From NCBI GenBank assembly GCA_963777945.1, contig CAVZSN010000010.1:194815-258814 (forward strand): 64,000 nt of DNA, written 5' to 3'. Origin of the DNA: an uncultured Actinomycetota bacterium. GTDB lineage: Bacteria > Actinomycetota > Thermoleophilia > RBG-16-64-13. Of the stretch, positions 46,452 to 56,027 are shown one piece after another. The position numbers and the translations under genes are program-made. Each line of letters opens with the position of its first letter. Position 1 is the stretch's first letter. The notes below the pieces were generated by a model, which saw only the letters and a list, made by a program, of their open reading frames with translations, made no database searches and was not told the DNA's origin.

Positions 46452-47627
46452 TCATACCAGACCGGCCTCGGCGTGCTTCGCGGCGATCGCATCCGCCAGG
46501 GCGTCGACCTTCGCCAGGTCCGCCTCCGTGGGAAGCCCCTTCACCACCACCGGCTCGATGAGTTCGGCCTTGAGGTTGCCGGTGAGACTCCCGATGCGCT
46601 CGACGGCGTTGGTCGCCCAGCCGTAGGTCACCAGGGCCGAGAGGAACCGCGCCTTCGGTTTGAGAGCATTCGCAAGATGCAGGGCGAACACCATGAATGG
46701 GTGCGGGTCGGTGATCACGGTCGGAGTGGCGGCGACGATGGTGGCCGCGTCCACCAGCATGGTCGCCAACCGCCCCAGGTCGACGTCCTGCAGGTCGATA
46801 CGCTCCACCTTGATGCCGCGATCGATCAGCGCCCCGGTCAGCCGGTCCACCATGATGGTGGTGCTCCCGTGCATGGTGACGTGAGGTATGAGCACCACAT
46901 TGTGCGGCGGTCCCCCCACCCACTCCCTATAGGCCTCGATGATGAACCGGGGGCGGGGATAGGCCGGCCCGTGACTCGGCGCGATCAGCCGGGCGTCGAG
47001 CGGCTCCACCTTGTCCAGGTTCTTCGCGATCATCGAACGGAACGGCATCATGATCTCGGCGAAATAGCGTTTGGCGGCGGGATAGACCTCTTGCTCTCTG
47101 CCCAAGAGCTCGCTGGTGGCCAGATGCGAACCAAAGAGGTCGCAGCTGAAGAGGATGGCCTCTTCCTCGAGGAAGGTCGACATCGTCTCGGGCCAGTGTG
47201 CCCACGGCGTCGAGAGAAACCGGAGCGTCTTGCCGCCAAGCTGCAGCGTCTCCCCGTCCGCGACCACTCGTATGAGGTCGCCCGCGATATGTAGATGAGT
47301 GGCCACCAGATCCACGGCCCGCGCGCTGCAAAGCACCTGGGCCTCGGGGAAGCGCTCCAGGATCACGGCGAGCGAGCCGGAGTGATCCTGCTCCACATGC
47401 TGGACGATCACATAGTCGAGCCGCTCCACCTCGCGCAGGTACTCCATCAGCACCGGGGTCTTGCTGGGATCCACGGTCTCGATCAGCGCGGTCTTCTCCG
47501 TCCCCTCGATGAGGTACGCGTTGTAGCTCGTCCCTTCGGGCAGTGGGATCAAGGCATCAAAAAGCCGCCGGTCCCAGTCGACCGCACCCACGAAATACAC
47601 GCCCGCGCTTAACTCACGTGGTTTCAT
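46452..47627 (-). CDS. flavodiiron protein (FprA-type O2/NO reductase: metallo-beta-lactamase-like plus flavodoxin-like domains)
   Basis: VYFVGAVDWDRRLFD ... TSYNAYLI ... VIVQHVEQDHSGS (HxExDH diiron motif) ... LFSCDLFGSH. Flavodoxin-like C-terminal half. Start at the internal ATG 47627. Confidence 0.85.
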   Translation of the reverse strand: MKPRELSAGVYFVGAVDWDRRLFDALIPLPEGTSYNAYLIEGTEKTALIETVDPSKTPVLMEYLREVERLDYVIVQHVEQDHSGSLAVILERFPEAQVLCSARAVDLVATHLHIAGDLIRVVADGETLQLGGKTLRFLSTPWAHWPETMSTFLEEEAILFSCDLFGSHLATSELLGREQEVYPAAKRYFAEIMMPFRSMIAKNLDKVEPLDARLIAPSHGPAYPRPRFIIEAYREWVGGPPHNVVLIPHVTMHGSTTIMVDRLTGALIDRGIKVERIDLQDVDLGRLATMLVDAATIVAATPTVITDPHPFMVFALHLANALKPKARFLSALVTYGWATNAVERIGSLTGNLKAELIEPVVVKGLPTEADLAKVDALADAIAAKHAEAGLV

Positions 47628-47771
47628 CCGCGCCCGTCCTCCTCGACCTAGCCGAATGCGCACCCTTGACAGTATATGTACCCCGCGGCCAAACGCCTGC
47701 CTCGTATCTGCCGCCCCCAGGCAGAATGCCGTTGATAGCGGAGTCGTACTGAGCCAATATGGCTCCTTGCC

Positions 47772-49104
47772 ATGTCTGACTCCCGACGTCCACTTCCTAT
47801 GCGCCAGATACTTCGCACCTGGTGGCCTCTGGCCGCCAGTTGGGTACTCATGGGTTTCGAAGGGCCGGCCGTAGCGGCGGTGGTGTCCCGCATGGCCGAG
47901 CCCAAGATCAACCTGGCCGCGTGGGGAGGCGTCGTCTTCCCCCTGGCGCTGATGGTGGAGGCGCCTATCATCATGATGCTGGCGGCCTCCACGGCTCTCT
48001 GTCGGGATTGGACCTCGTATCTGAAGCTGCGCCGCTTCATGATGGGCCTGGGCGCCGCCATGACGGGGGTCCACGTCCTCATGGTCGCCACCCCGCTCTA
48101 CTACGTGATAGTCCGCGACATCATGCACGCCCCCGAGGCAATCGTAGGACCTGCCCGGATCGGCCTGTTCATCATGATCCCGTGGACCTGGTCGATCGCC
48201 TACCGCCGCTTCCACCAGGGGATCCTCATCCGCTTCGGACACTCGCTCAAGATCGGCCTGGGAACAGCGGTGCGGTTCTTCGCGGATGCCACCGTGCTCG
48301 CGATCGGCTACTTCACCGCCGGACTACCCGGTATCGCCGTCGCCGGCTGCGGCATGATCGCAGGAGTGGTGACCGAAGCCTTCTACGTGCACATGGCCGT
48401 CCGTCCCACTCTGCGCGACCAGCTCAAGCCCGCCCCGCCGGTCGCCGTCCCTCTCACGACGCGGGCCATGCTCGATTTCTACATCCCCCTGTCGCTCACC
48501 CAGGTGCTCATGCTCGTGGCCAACCCTATCGGCGCCGCCGCCATGGGTCGCATGCCCCTGCCGTTGGAGTCGCTGGCCGCCTGGCAGGTGGTGGGAGCGG
48601 TCCGCTATGTCACGGGCAGCTTCGGCGGCTCCTACAACGAGGTGATGGTGGCCCTCGTGGAACGCGAAGCGGTCTCTGCGGCCGTTGCGCCGCTTCGCTG
48701 TAGGCATCGGGGTCTTCGCCACCGCCCTGCTGGCGCTACTCATGATCCCCTCCGTCTCGGAGGCCATCTTCGCAGATCTGATGGACCTCGCCGCGCCGCT
48801 GCCCGCGATGGTCTACACCAGCCTCTTCCTCCTGCTGCCCATGCCGGCCGTGGCCGTCTATCAAAGCTACTTCCAAGGTGTCATCCTGCACAGCCGCCGC
48901 ACCCGCAGCATCACCGAGTCGGTGGCGATATTCCTCGGGGTGGCCACGGTCGCTCTCATCGCAGGAGTCATGTGGGGCGGCGCCGCCGGCCTCTACGTCG
49001 CGCTGGGTGCCTTCGTGATCGGCGAACTGGTGCGGACCACGTGGCTGTGGCTACGCAGCCGCCCGGCCCGCCTAGAACTCCGCGCCCGGGACAACGCGCC
49101 CTAG
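47772..49104 (+). pseudogene. polytopic membrane protein, MATE/MOP-superfamily-like, frameshift near 48680
   Basis: About 12 hydrophobic segments (WPLAASWVLMGFEGPAVAAVVS ..., MLVANPIGAAAMG ..., VAIFLGVATVALIAGVMWG). Family call is weak. Confidence 0.45.
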
Positions 49105-49165
49105 CCCGCCGGCGGTCGCGCCGCGCCCACGAACAGGAGCGGCGGCGGCCACGTTCGGCCCTTCC

Positions 49166-49664
49166 CTATGCGGTCCGCTCCTCGACCACCCGCTTGCGGA
49201 TGTAGGGGATGAAGCCGCCAGCATCGACGATGGCCTGCCGGGCAGGCGGCAGCGGCTCTACCGGGTAGCTCCTGCCGGTTGTCACGTTGAAGACCGCCCC
49301 GTCCCTGACTTCGAGTTCGTCGCCCTCGGAAGCCTCTACGGTCGGGACAGATGACCAGACGCAGACCGAGATTCACGGCGTTCTGCAGGAAGATGCGGGA
49401 GTAGTTGTTGGCGACGATCACCAGGTCCCAGCCCTTGAGGCACGACGCGGCCTGTTCGCGCGACGAGCCCGTACCGAAGTTGCGGTCGGCCACCACCACG
49501 CTGCCCGGCGGGACCGCTCCGTCCTTGAGCCTCTTGTTGAAATCGGTGAGATCGGCAAAGCAATACTGCGGAGTCTCGGTGGGGAGCACTGTGGCCATGA
49601 ACCTGCCGGGATAGATGGCATCGGTCGAGACGTCGTCGCCGAGCCGGAGGACCACCTTCGCCAT
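49166..49664 (-). pseudogene. aconitase-family small subunit (LeuD/HacB type), frameshifted
   Basis: MAKVVLRLGDDVSTDAIYPGRF ... VVVADRNFGTGSSREQAASCLKGWDLVIVANNYSRIFLQNAVNLGL, then VEASEGDELEV ... in another frame. Confidence 0.75.
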
Positions 49665-49665
49665 C

Positions 49666-50956
49666 TCAGGCTCCTTTCCGCGGGTCTGTGATCGCACCCC
49701 GCAACGCGCTCACGGCGGCCGTGACCGGCGAGGCCAGATACACGGAGGCGTTCGGGTTCCCCATCCTGCCCTTGAAGTTGCGATTCGTCGTGGCGAGAGC
49801 CACTTCTCCGTCTCCCAGAGCTCCCTGATGGACCCCCAGACAGCAGCCGCAACCTGGGTTCATGATCACCGCCCCGGCGTCGGCCAGGTCGCTCAGATAC
49901 CCCTTGCGCATCGCCTCGGTCCAGATCCGCCACGAGGCCGGGAAGACCAGCATGCGCGTGCCCTTGGCCAGCTTCTTGCCCTTGACGATGGCGGCCGCCG
50001 CCTCGAGATCGTCGAGCCGCCCGTTGGTGCAGGAGCCGATGACCACCTGGTCGATCTTCACTCCCTCGACCTCGCCTACGGGCACCACGTTGTCGACCGT
50101 GTGCGGCCTGGCCACCTGCGGTTCCAGCCGGGTCACGTCGATCTCGACGACCTTCTCGTAGACGGCGTCGTCGTCGGGTGACACCGCAGTGAACGGGCTC
50201 CGTCACCCCGGCCTCCTCGCGCAGGTAGCGGAAAGTCTCCTCGTCGGCCGGGACGATGCCGCACGTGGCCCCAGCCTCCACCGACATGTTGCAGAGCACC
50301 AGACGCCCGGATACCGACATGTGCCTGATGGCCCGACCGTGGAACTCGATCACCCGGAAGTTCGCCCCCTCCGCGGAGATCATCCCGATCAGGTAGAGGA
50401 TCAGGTCCTTGGGACCCACCGCAGGGTCGGAACTCGCCATCGGCCACCACCTTGATGGTCGGCGGCACTTCGACGTTGACCAGCGCGGCCGAGGGCCCAC
50501 ACGCCGGCCATATCGGTCGCCCCCAGGCCGATGGCCATTGCTCCCAGGGCCCCGTGGCTGCTGGTGTGGCTGTCCGTGCCGACCACCACCGTGCCCGGGC
50601 AGTACGTAGCCGTTCTCCGGCAAGGATCTGGTGGCAGATGCCGCCCTCGTCGCCGCGGATGTCGTGGAACTTGGTGATCCCCTGTGCGGCCACGAACTCA
50701 CGGATCTTCTTCTGGTTGGTGGCGGTCTTGGCAGTCTCCGCCGGCACCCGATGGTCGAAGACGATGGCGATCTTCGCCGGGTCCCACACGCGTCGGCTCG
50801 AGACCCGTGCCCTCGAAGATCTCGAAGAACTGGTTCATGACCAGAGCCGCGTTCTCGTGCGACATGGCCAGGTCGACCGCCGGCTCCACCACCGTCGCCG
50901 GCCGACACCTCGGCCAGGCCGGCCGCCCGGGCCAGGATCTTCTCAGCGACGGTCAT
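49666..50956 (-). pseudogene. aconitase-family large subunit (archaeal-type LeuC/HacA), heavily frameshifted
   Basis: [105 protein letters not shown]. Confidence 0.8.
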
Positions 50957-50975
50957 TCCCACAGGCGTCCTCCTC

Positions 50976-51924
50976 TCAGGCGTCAGCCCGACGATCTTCT
51001 GTCAGCGTCGCCGTACTTGCTCTCCATGCGCTGCCTGGGCAGGTACTCGTCCTCCAGCGCCTTGTAGTCCTTCGAGCCCGACGAAGTCGGTGTATTCCTC
51101 GAACGAGCTCACCCACTGCGTCTGTCCGGGCAGGGTCCCGGTGGGCGACGCCTTGAGCGCGGTGAAGAACTCCATCGAGCGCCTTGTGCGCCACCATGAT
51201 CGACGCCACCGGGATCGAGACCCGGCCCACGCCCATGGCCGCCAGCTCGGGGATGGGGATCAGCTCGGTCTTCATGCCGCTGATGGCGTCCATGAGGTTC
51301 ACCGAGAGCGGGCCCTTCGACCTCCTTGACCGCCCGCTCCACGTCGGCCCGCGTCTTGATGCCGTCGATGAAGGCCAGGTCGGCGCCGGCCTCCAGATAC
51401 AGGTTGCAGCGGCGGATGGCCTCGTCGAGGCCCGAGCACCGCGAACGACGTCGGTGCGGGCGTTGATGATGAAGTCCGGGTCCAGCCGGTCGCGCACGTC
51501 GGCGCAGGCCCGCACCTTGCCGGCCATCTCGTCGGCGTCGATGACCTCCTTGCCGGCCATGTGGCCGCAGCGCTTGGGGAAGACCTGGTCCTCGATGTTC
51601 ATGCCGGCCACGCCCATGGCGATGAGCCGCTCGGTGATCCAGGCGGCGTTGACGGCGTTGCCGCCGCCGGTGTCCACGTCGGCCATCACCGGGATGTCGA
51701 CCGCCTGCGCGATGTTCCAGGTGACGTCGAGCACGTCCTTCATCTGCACCAGGCCCACGTCCGGCTTGCCCAGCAGCGAGCCGGCCACCCCGTAGCCCGA
51801 GACCTGGATGGCTTCGAAGCCGCACTTCTCGATCACCTTGGCGCTCAGGGCGTCGTGCGCGCCCGGGCACCACCACCGCGCGCCGCTCCATGATGGCCTT
51901 CCGCAGCACTGTCGACTTCTTCAC
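50976..51924 (-). pseudogene. isocitrate lyase/PEP mutase superfamily lyase (PrpB / dimethylmalate-lyase-like), frameshifted
   Basis: GTG start behind GGAGGAGG; [28 protein letters not shown] ... [16 protein letters not shown] ... [24 protein letters not shown] (KRCGH lyase motif) ... FIINARTD. Confidence 0.75.
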
Positions 51925-51973
51925 TTGTCGCCTCCTCCCCGCGATGCGGGCGTCCGGTTTCTCCCCGGGCGGC

Positions 51974-53099
51974 TCACAGCTTCGCCGCGATCGCCTCGGC
52001 CATCTCCATGGTGGTGTCGTCGCCGCCCATGTCGTAGGTGCGCACCCGCCCTCGGCGATGACCGCGGCCACCGCGCGCTTCCAGGCGCTGCGGCCTTGTC
52101 CCTCTCGCCCAGCCAGTCGAGCATCATCTTGGCGGCCAGGATGGTCGCGATGCGGGTTCACCTTGTTCTGCCCCGCGTACTTGGGCGCCGAGCCGTGGGT
52201 GGGCTCGAACACGGCCAGGTGCTGTCCCGATGTTGCCCGAGCAGCCGAAGCCCAGCCCGCCCACCATCTGCGCGCAGAGGTCGGAGATGATGTCGCCGTA
52301 GAGGTTCGGGGCGACCAGGACGTCGTAGTCGAACGGGTTCTTGAGCAGCCACATGCACATGGCATCGATGTTGGCGTCGTCCACCTGGATGTCCGGGATA
52401 GTCCTTGGCCACTCGACCGCGCAGCCTCCAGGAAGAGCCCGTCGGTGGCCCGCACCACGTTGGCCTTGTGCACGATGGTCACCTTCTTGCGCCCGTAGGT
52501 CCGGGCGAACTCGAAGGCGGCCCGGGCGATGCGCTCGGAGCCGCTCCGGGTGTTGATCTTGCAGGAGACCGCGTACTCGTCGCCCGGGTAGTGTCCGGAA
52601 GGGCGCGAAGTTCTTGGAGAGCCGCCCCAACGCGTCCGACGAGCTCCTCGGGCACGGGGCTGAACTCCACGCCGGCGTAGAGGTCCTCGGTGTTCTCCCG
52701 GAACACGACCAGATCGATGCCCTCTTTGAAGTTGAGCGGGTTGCCCGGATAGGCCTTGCACGGTCGCAGACACACGTAGAGGTCGAACAGCTGCCGCATC
52801 CGCACGATGGGAGACCGGTACACCAGGCCCTTGCCCTGGAGAGCCGGGGCCAACTCGGCCTCCGCCGCCTTGACCGGCTTGGAGGTTATGGCCCCGAACA
52901 GGGCCGCGTCCACGTTCTTGAGCAGGTCGACGGTCCGCTGCGGAAAGGCGTCGCCTTCTTGGCGCCAGCACTCCCAGCCGATGTCGCCCTCCACATAGTC
53001 GGCCTCAAAGCCCAGCCGATCGAGCACCACCCTCGCAGCCGCGCAGACCTCGATGCCGATGCCGTCTCCCGGCAGCCAGCCGATCCTGTGCTTCGTCAC
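51974..53099 (-). pseudogene. isocitrate/isopropylmalate dehydrogenase-family protein, frameshifted
   Basis: IGWLPGDGIGIEV ... [11 protein letters not shown] ... [20 protein letters not shown] ... [13 protein letters not shown] ..., [49 protein letters not shown]. Confidence 0.8.
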
Positions 53100-53202
53100 T
53101 CGCTAGTCCTCCTTGAGCGAAAGGGGGTCACCGCAGCATATGGGCCCGCACACGTACACGTCGCCTTCTCGCGTCTCGTCGCGGCGCGTCAGGTCGACCC
53201 CT

Positions 53203-53742
53203 TTATGCAGACCGTGCATCAACCATACCACCGGGATGCTCCAGGAGTTCCTTCCAGCGGGCGATGTGACCGTACTCGTCGGCCCGGTCCTTCTCGATGA
53301 AGACGCGGGTCTCCGTCGTCCCATTCGGCTCCGTCCAGCAGCTCCCCGTAGTGATGGACGGCCTTGGTCTCCACCCATATGCCGGTCTTGAGCATGCGCT
53401 CGCTTCCCAAGCATGCGCGAGCCCAGTCCGAACACGTACCCGACCATCCAGTAGCGCACCCGCGAGCTTGTCGGCTTGAACCCGTACTCGTAGAGCTTGG
53501 TCTGAAAGTCCTGCATGTGCGTCATCTCGTTGCACATGGCCGCTGTGAGGGCGGTGTTGAGCTCGCGACGGCTCCGAGGTGATCTGGCACTTGTAGATCT
53601 TCGTGGCCATGATCTCGAGCGAGTGCAGCGCACGCAGACCCTTCTTCAAGGCCTTCCTCTTGGCCTTGTCGAGGTCGCGACCCCTGGGCCGAACGGCCTC
53701 CATCTTCATCTCCGGGCGGATGATGGTTATGTCGTATGCCAT
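53203..53742 (-). pseudogene. ferritin-like diiron protein (COQ7/demethoxyubiquinone-hydroxylase-like), frameshifted
   Basis: LRALHSLEIMATKIY ... CNEMTHMQDF (ExxH) ... VETKAVHHYGELL ... DRADEYGHIARW (ExxH), across two or three frames. Confidence 0.55.
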
Positions 53743-53916
53743 GTCTGAGCCTCCATTCCGCACAGTGCCTTGCGCTACCTGCAAGCCTCCCTCGCCGTGT
53801 CCTTCTCGTCAAGCCGTCGCGCGCTTTCGGGTTGCCGTACCGCCGGTGTCGCGAGTATCCTCAAGGGCACGACCCATCGCACATGCTCTCTCAGCATCAA
53901 GGAGGACTCCTCAGGC

Positions 53917-54613
53917 ATGGAATGCCCACATTGCCGCGCGGAAGTGAGCGCGACGCCCCATACCTTCGCACTCGGCGATCGACCAGGATGGCACCTGGCA
54001 GATCTCGAACGTCAGGTGCTCCACCTGCGACCGGCTGATCGTGTCGGTCTGCACCAAGGAAGGCAAGAACTACCCCGCCTGGCCGCCGGTCTCGGGATGG
54101 GCGCGGCTCAGTGCCGATGTCCCCGAGGAACTCGCCGGCCAGTACCTCACGGCCGTCCAGATCCTTCCTTACAGCGAGGAAGCATCCGCGGCCATCTCAC
54201 GGCGCCTTCTGCATCGCGTGCTCGCCTCCCAGGCGGATGTCGGCTACGGCGGTCTGGCCGATCAGGTCCGCCGCGCGCTCGCGTCGCCGGCCATGCCCCC
54301 CTATCTCAAGGAAGCCCTGGGGACCTTGGTGCGTATCGCCGGCCTGGAACCCGACTCCGTGAAGAGCTACCGCCCGGATGCGCTGATCCCCATTGCCGAC
54401 GGTGAGGCGGAATGGCTTCTGGACGTCGTCCAGCATCTGGTCGACTTCTACTACGTCCAGCCGGCCCGTCTGCGACGCAAGCGCTATGCCATCGAGGAGA
54501 GACTGACCCCAGAGGCGCCGGCGTCGGGGCAGGAGCCGGATGAAGACGGCAGCGCGGGCTGGGCCGTCGTGGAGGAGGCTGCCCCGAGCGAGGGAGACAC
54601 GAATGGGTGCTGA
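53917..54613 (+). pseudogene. zinc-ribbon plus DUF4145-like protein, frameshift near 53985
   Basis: MECPHCRAEV ... DGTWQISNVRCSTCDRLIVSVC (CxxC ... CxxC), then ARLSADVPEELAGQYLTAVQILPYSEEASAAISRRLLHRVL ... ALIPIADGEAEWLLDVVQHLVDFYYV. Confidence 0.5.
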
Positions 54614-54614
54614 T

Positions 54615-55917
54615 ATGGACCGTGCCAGGATGAACCGGGTTCGAGCCGAAGCGCTGCCCCGTGGGGTGGTCACGGCCACCACTTCGCTTGTAGGCACTGC
54701 GAAGAACGCCATCATCACCGACACGGACGGCCGCGAGTTCATCGACTTCGCCGGCGGTATCGGCGTGCTCAACGTCGGGCACTCGCACCCCAAGGTCGTG
54801 GCTGCGGCCAGGGAGCAGGTGGAGCGCTTCGCTCACACCTCCATCAGCGTTTTCGCCTGGGAGTCGTACATCGAGCTGGCCGCGAAGCTGAACGAGAAGG
54901 CGCCCGGGGACTCCCCCAAACGGAGCTTCTTTGTCAACTCGGGGGCGGAAGCGGTGGAGAACGCCGTCAAGATCGCCCGCTGCGCGACCGGCCGTCCCGG
55001 GATCGTGTGCTTCACCAACAGCTTCCACGGACGGACGAACCTCACCATGGGGCTGACCTCCAAGATAGTCCCCTACAAGAAGGACTTCGGGCCCTTCCCG
55101 GCCGACATCTACCGGATCCCGTACGCGTACTGCTACCGGTGCCCCCTCAACCTGGAGTATCCGGCCTGCGGGGTGGCGTGCGCCGAGTTGCTTCGGGAAG
55201 GCTTCGAGAACCAGTTCCAGGCCGACAGGATCGCGGCGCTCATCGTCGAGCCGGTGCAGGGTGAGGGCGGCTTCGTCGTGCCGCCACCCGAGTACCACGC
55301 CAAGCTCAAGGCGATCTGCGAGGAGCAGGGCATCGTCTTCATCGCCGACGAGGTGCAGACCGGCTTCGGACGCACCGGCACGCTCTTCGCCATGGAGCAC
55401 TACGGCGTCGAAGCCGACATCATGACCACCGCCAAGTCTATCGGAGCGGGCTACCCGATCGCCGGCATCACGGGCAAGGCCGAGATCATGGACGTACCCG
55501 GTCCCGGCAGCATCGGCGGCACGTACGGCGGTAATCCGCTGGCCTGCGAGGTCGCTCTTGCGGTGTTCGACATCATGGAGGAGGAGGACCTCCCCGAGCG
55601 CGCCAAGGAGATCGGGCGCCGCGTGAGGGAGCGCTTCACGCGCGATGCAGCAGCGGTTCCCGCAGATCGGCGATGTCCGCGGACTCGGCGCCATGATGGC
55701 CATGGAACTGGTCGAGGACCGCGACACCAAGAAGCCGGCCACCGCGCTCACCAAGGCCTACCGGGTGAAGCTCTACGAGAACGGCCTGGTGAACGTCATC
55801 GCCGGCACGTACGACAACGTGGTCCGCACCTTGATGCCCCTCACCATCGAGTGGGAGACGCTCGACCGGGGTCTCGACATCATGGAGGAGACGCTGGCGC
55901 AGGTCGTGGCGTCGTAG
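54615..55917 (+). pseudogene. gabT: 4-aminobutyrate aminotransferase (class III PLP aminotransferase), frameshift near 55640
   Basis: ITDTDGREFIDFAGGIGVLNVGHSHPKVV ... NSGAEAVENAVKIAR ... SFHGRT ... EPVQGEGGF ... ADEVQTGFGRTG ... TTAKSIG ... GTYGGNP ... IGDVRGLGAM. Confidence 0.85.
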
Positions 55918-56027
55918 TGCCGGCGAGGGCACACAGCGAGCCGGGGACGGCGCCGCCGCCGCAGGCCGCGGGCGCATCGCGCCTGGCCCCGGGTGACGCC
56001 CAGGACCTGGAGCGCAAGTCCTCGGCG

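Noticed and set aside
50976-51924. A PEP-mutase-superfamily gene next to aconitase-like and isocitrate-dehydrogenase-like genes, which resembles FR-900098/phosphinothricin-type phosphonate biosynthesis.
   Set aside because: The active-site block reads [11 protein letters not shown], the lyase/methylisocitrate-lyase signature, not the EDK-x5-NS motif of true PEP mutases. No phosphonopyruvate decarboxylase or homocitrate-synthase-like gene is present.
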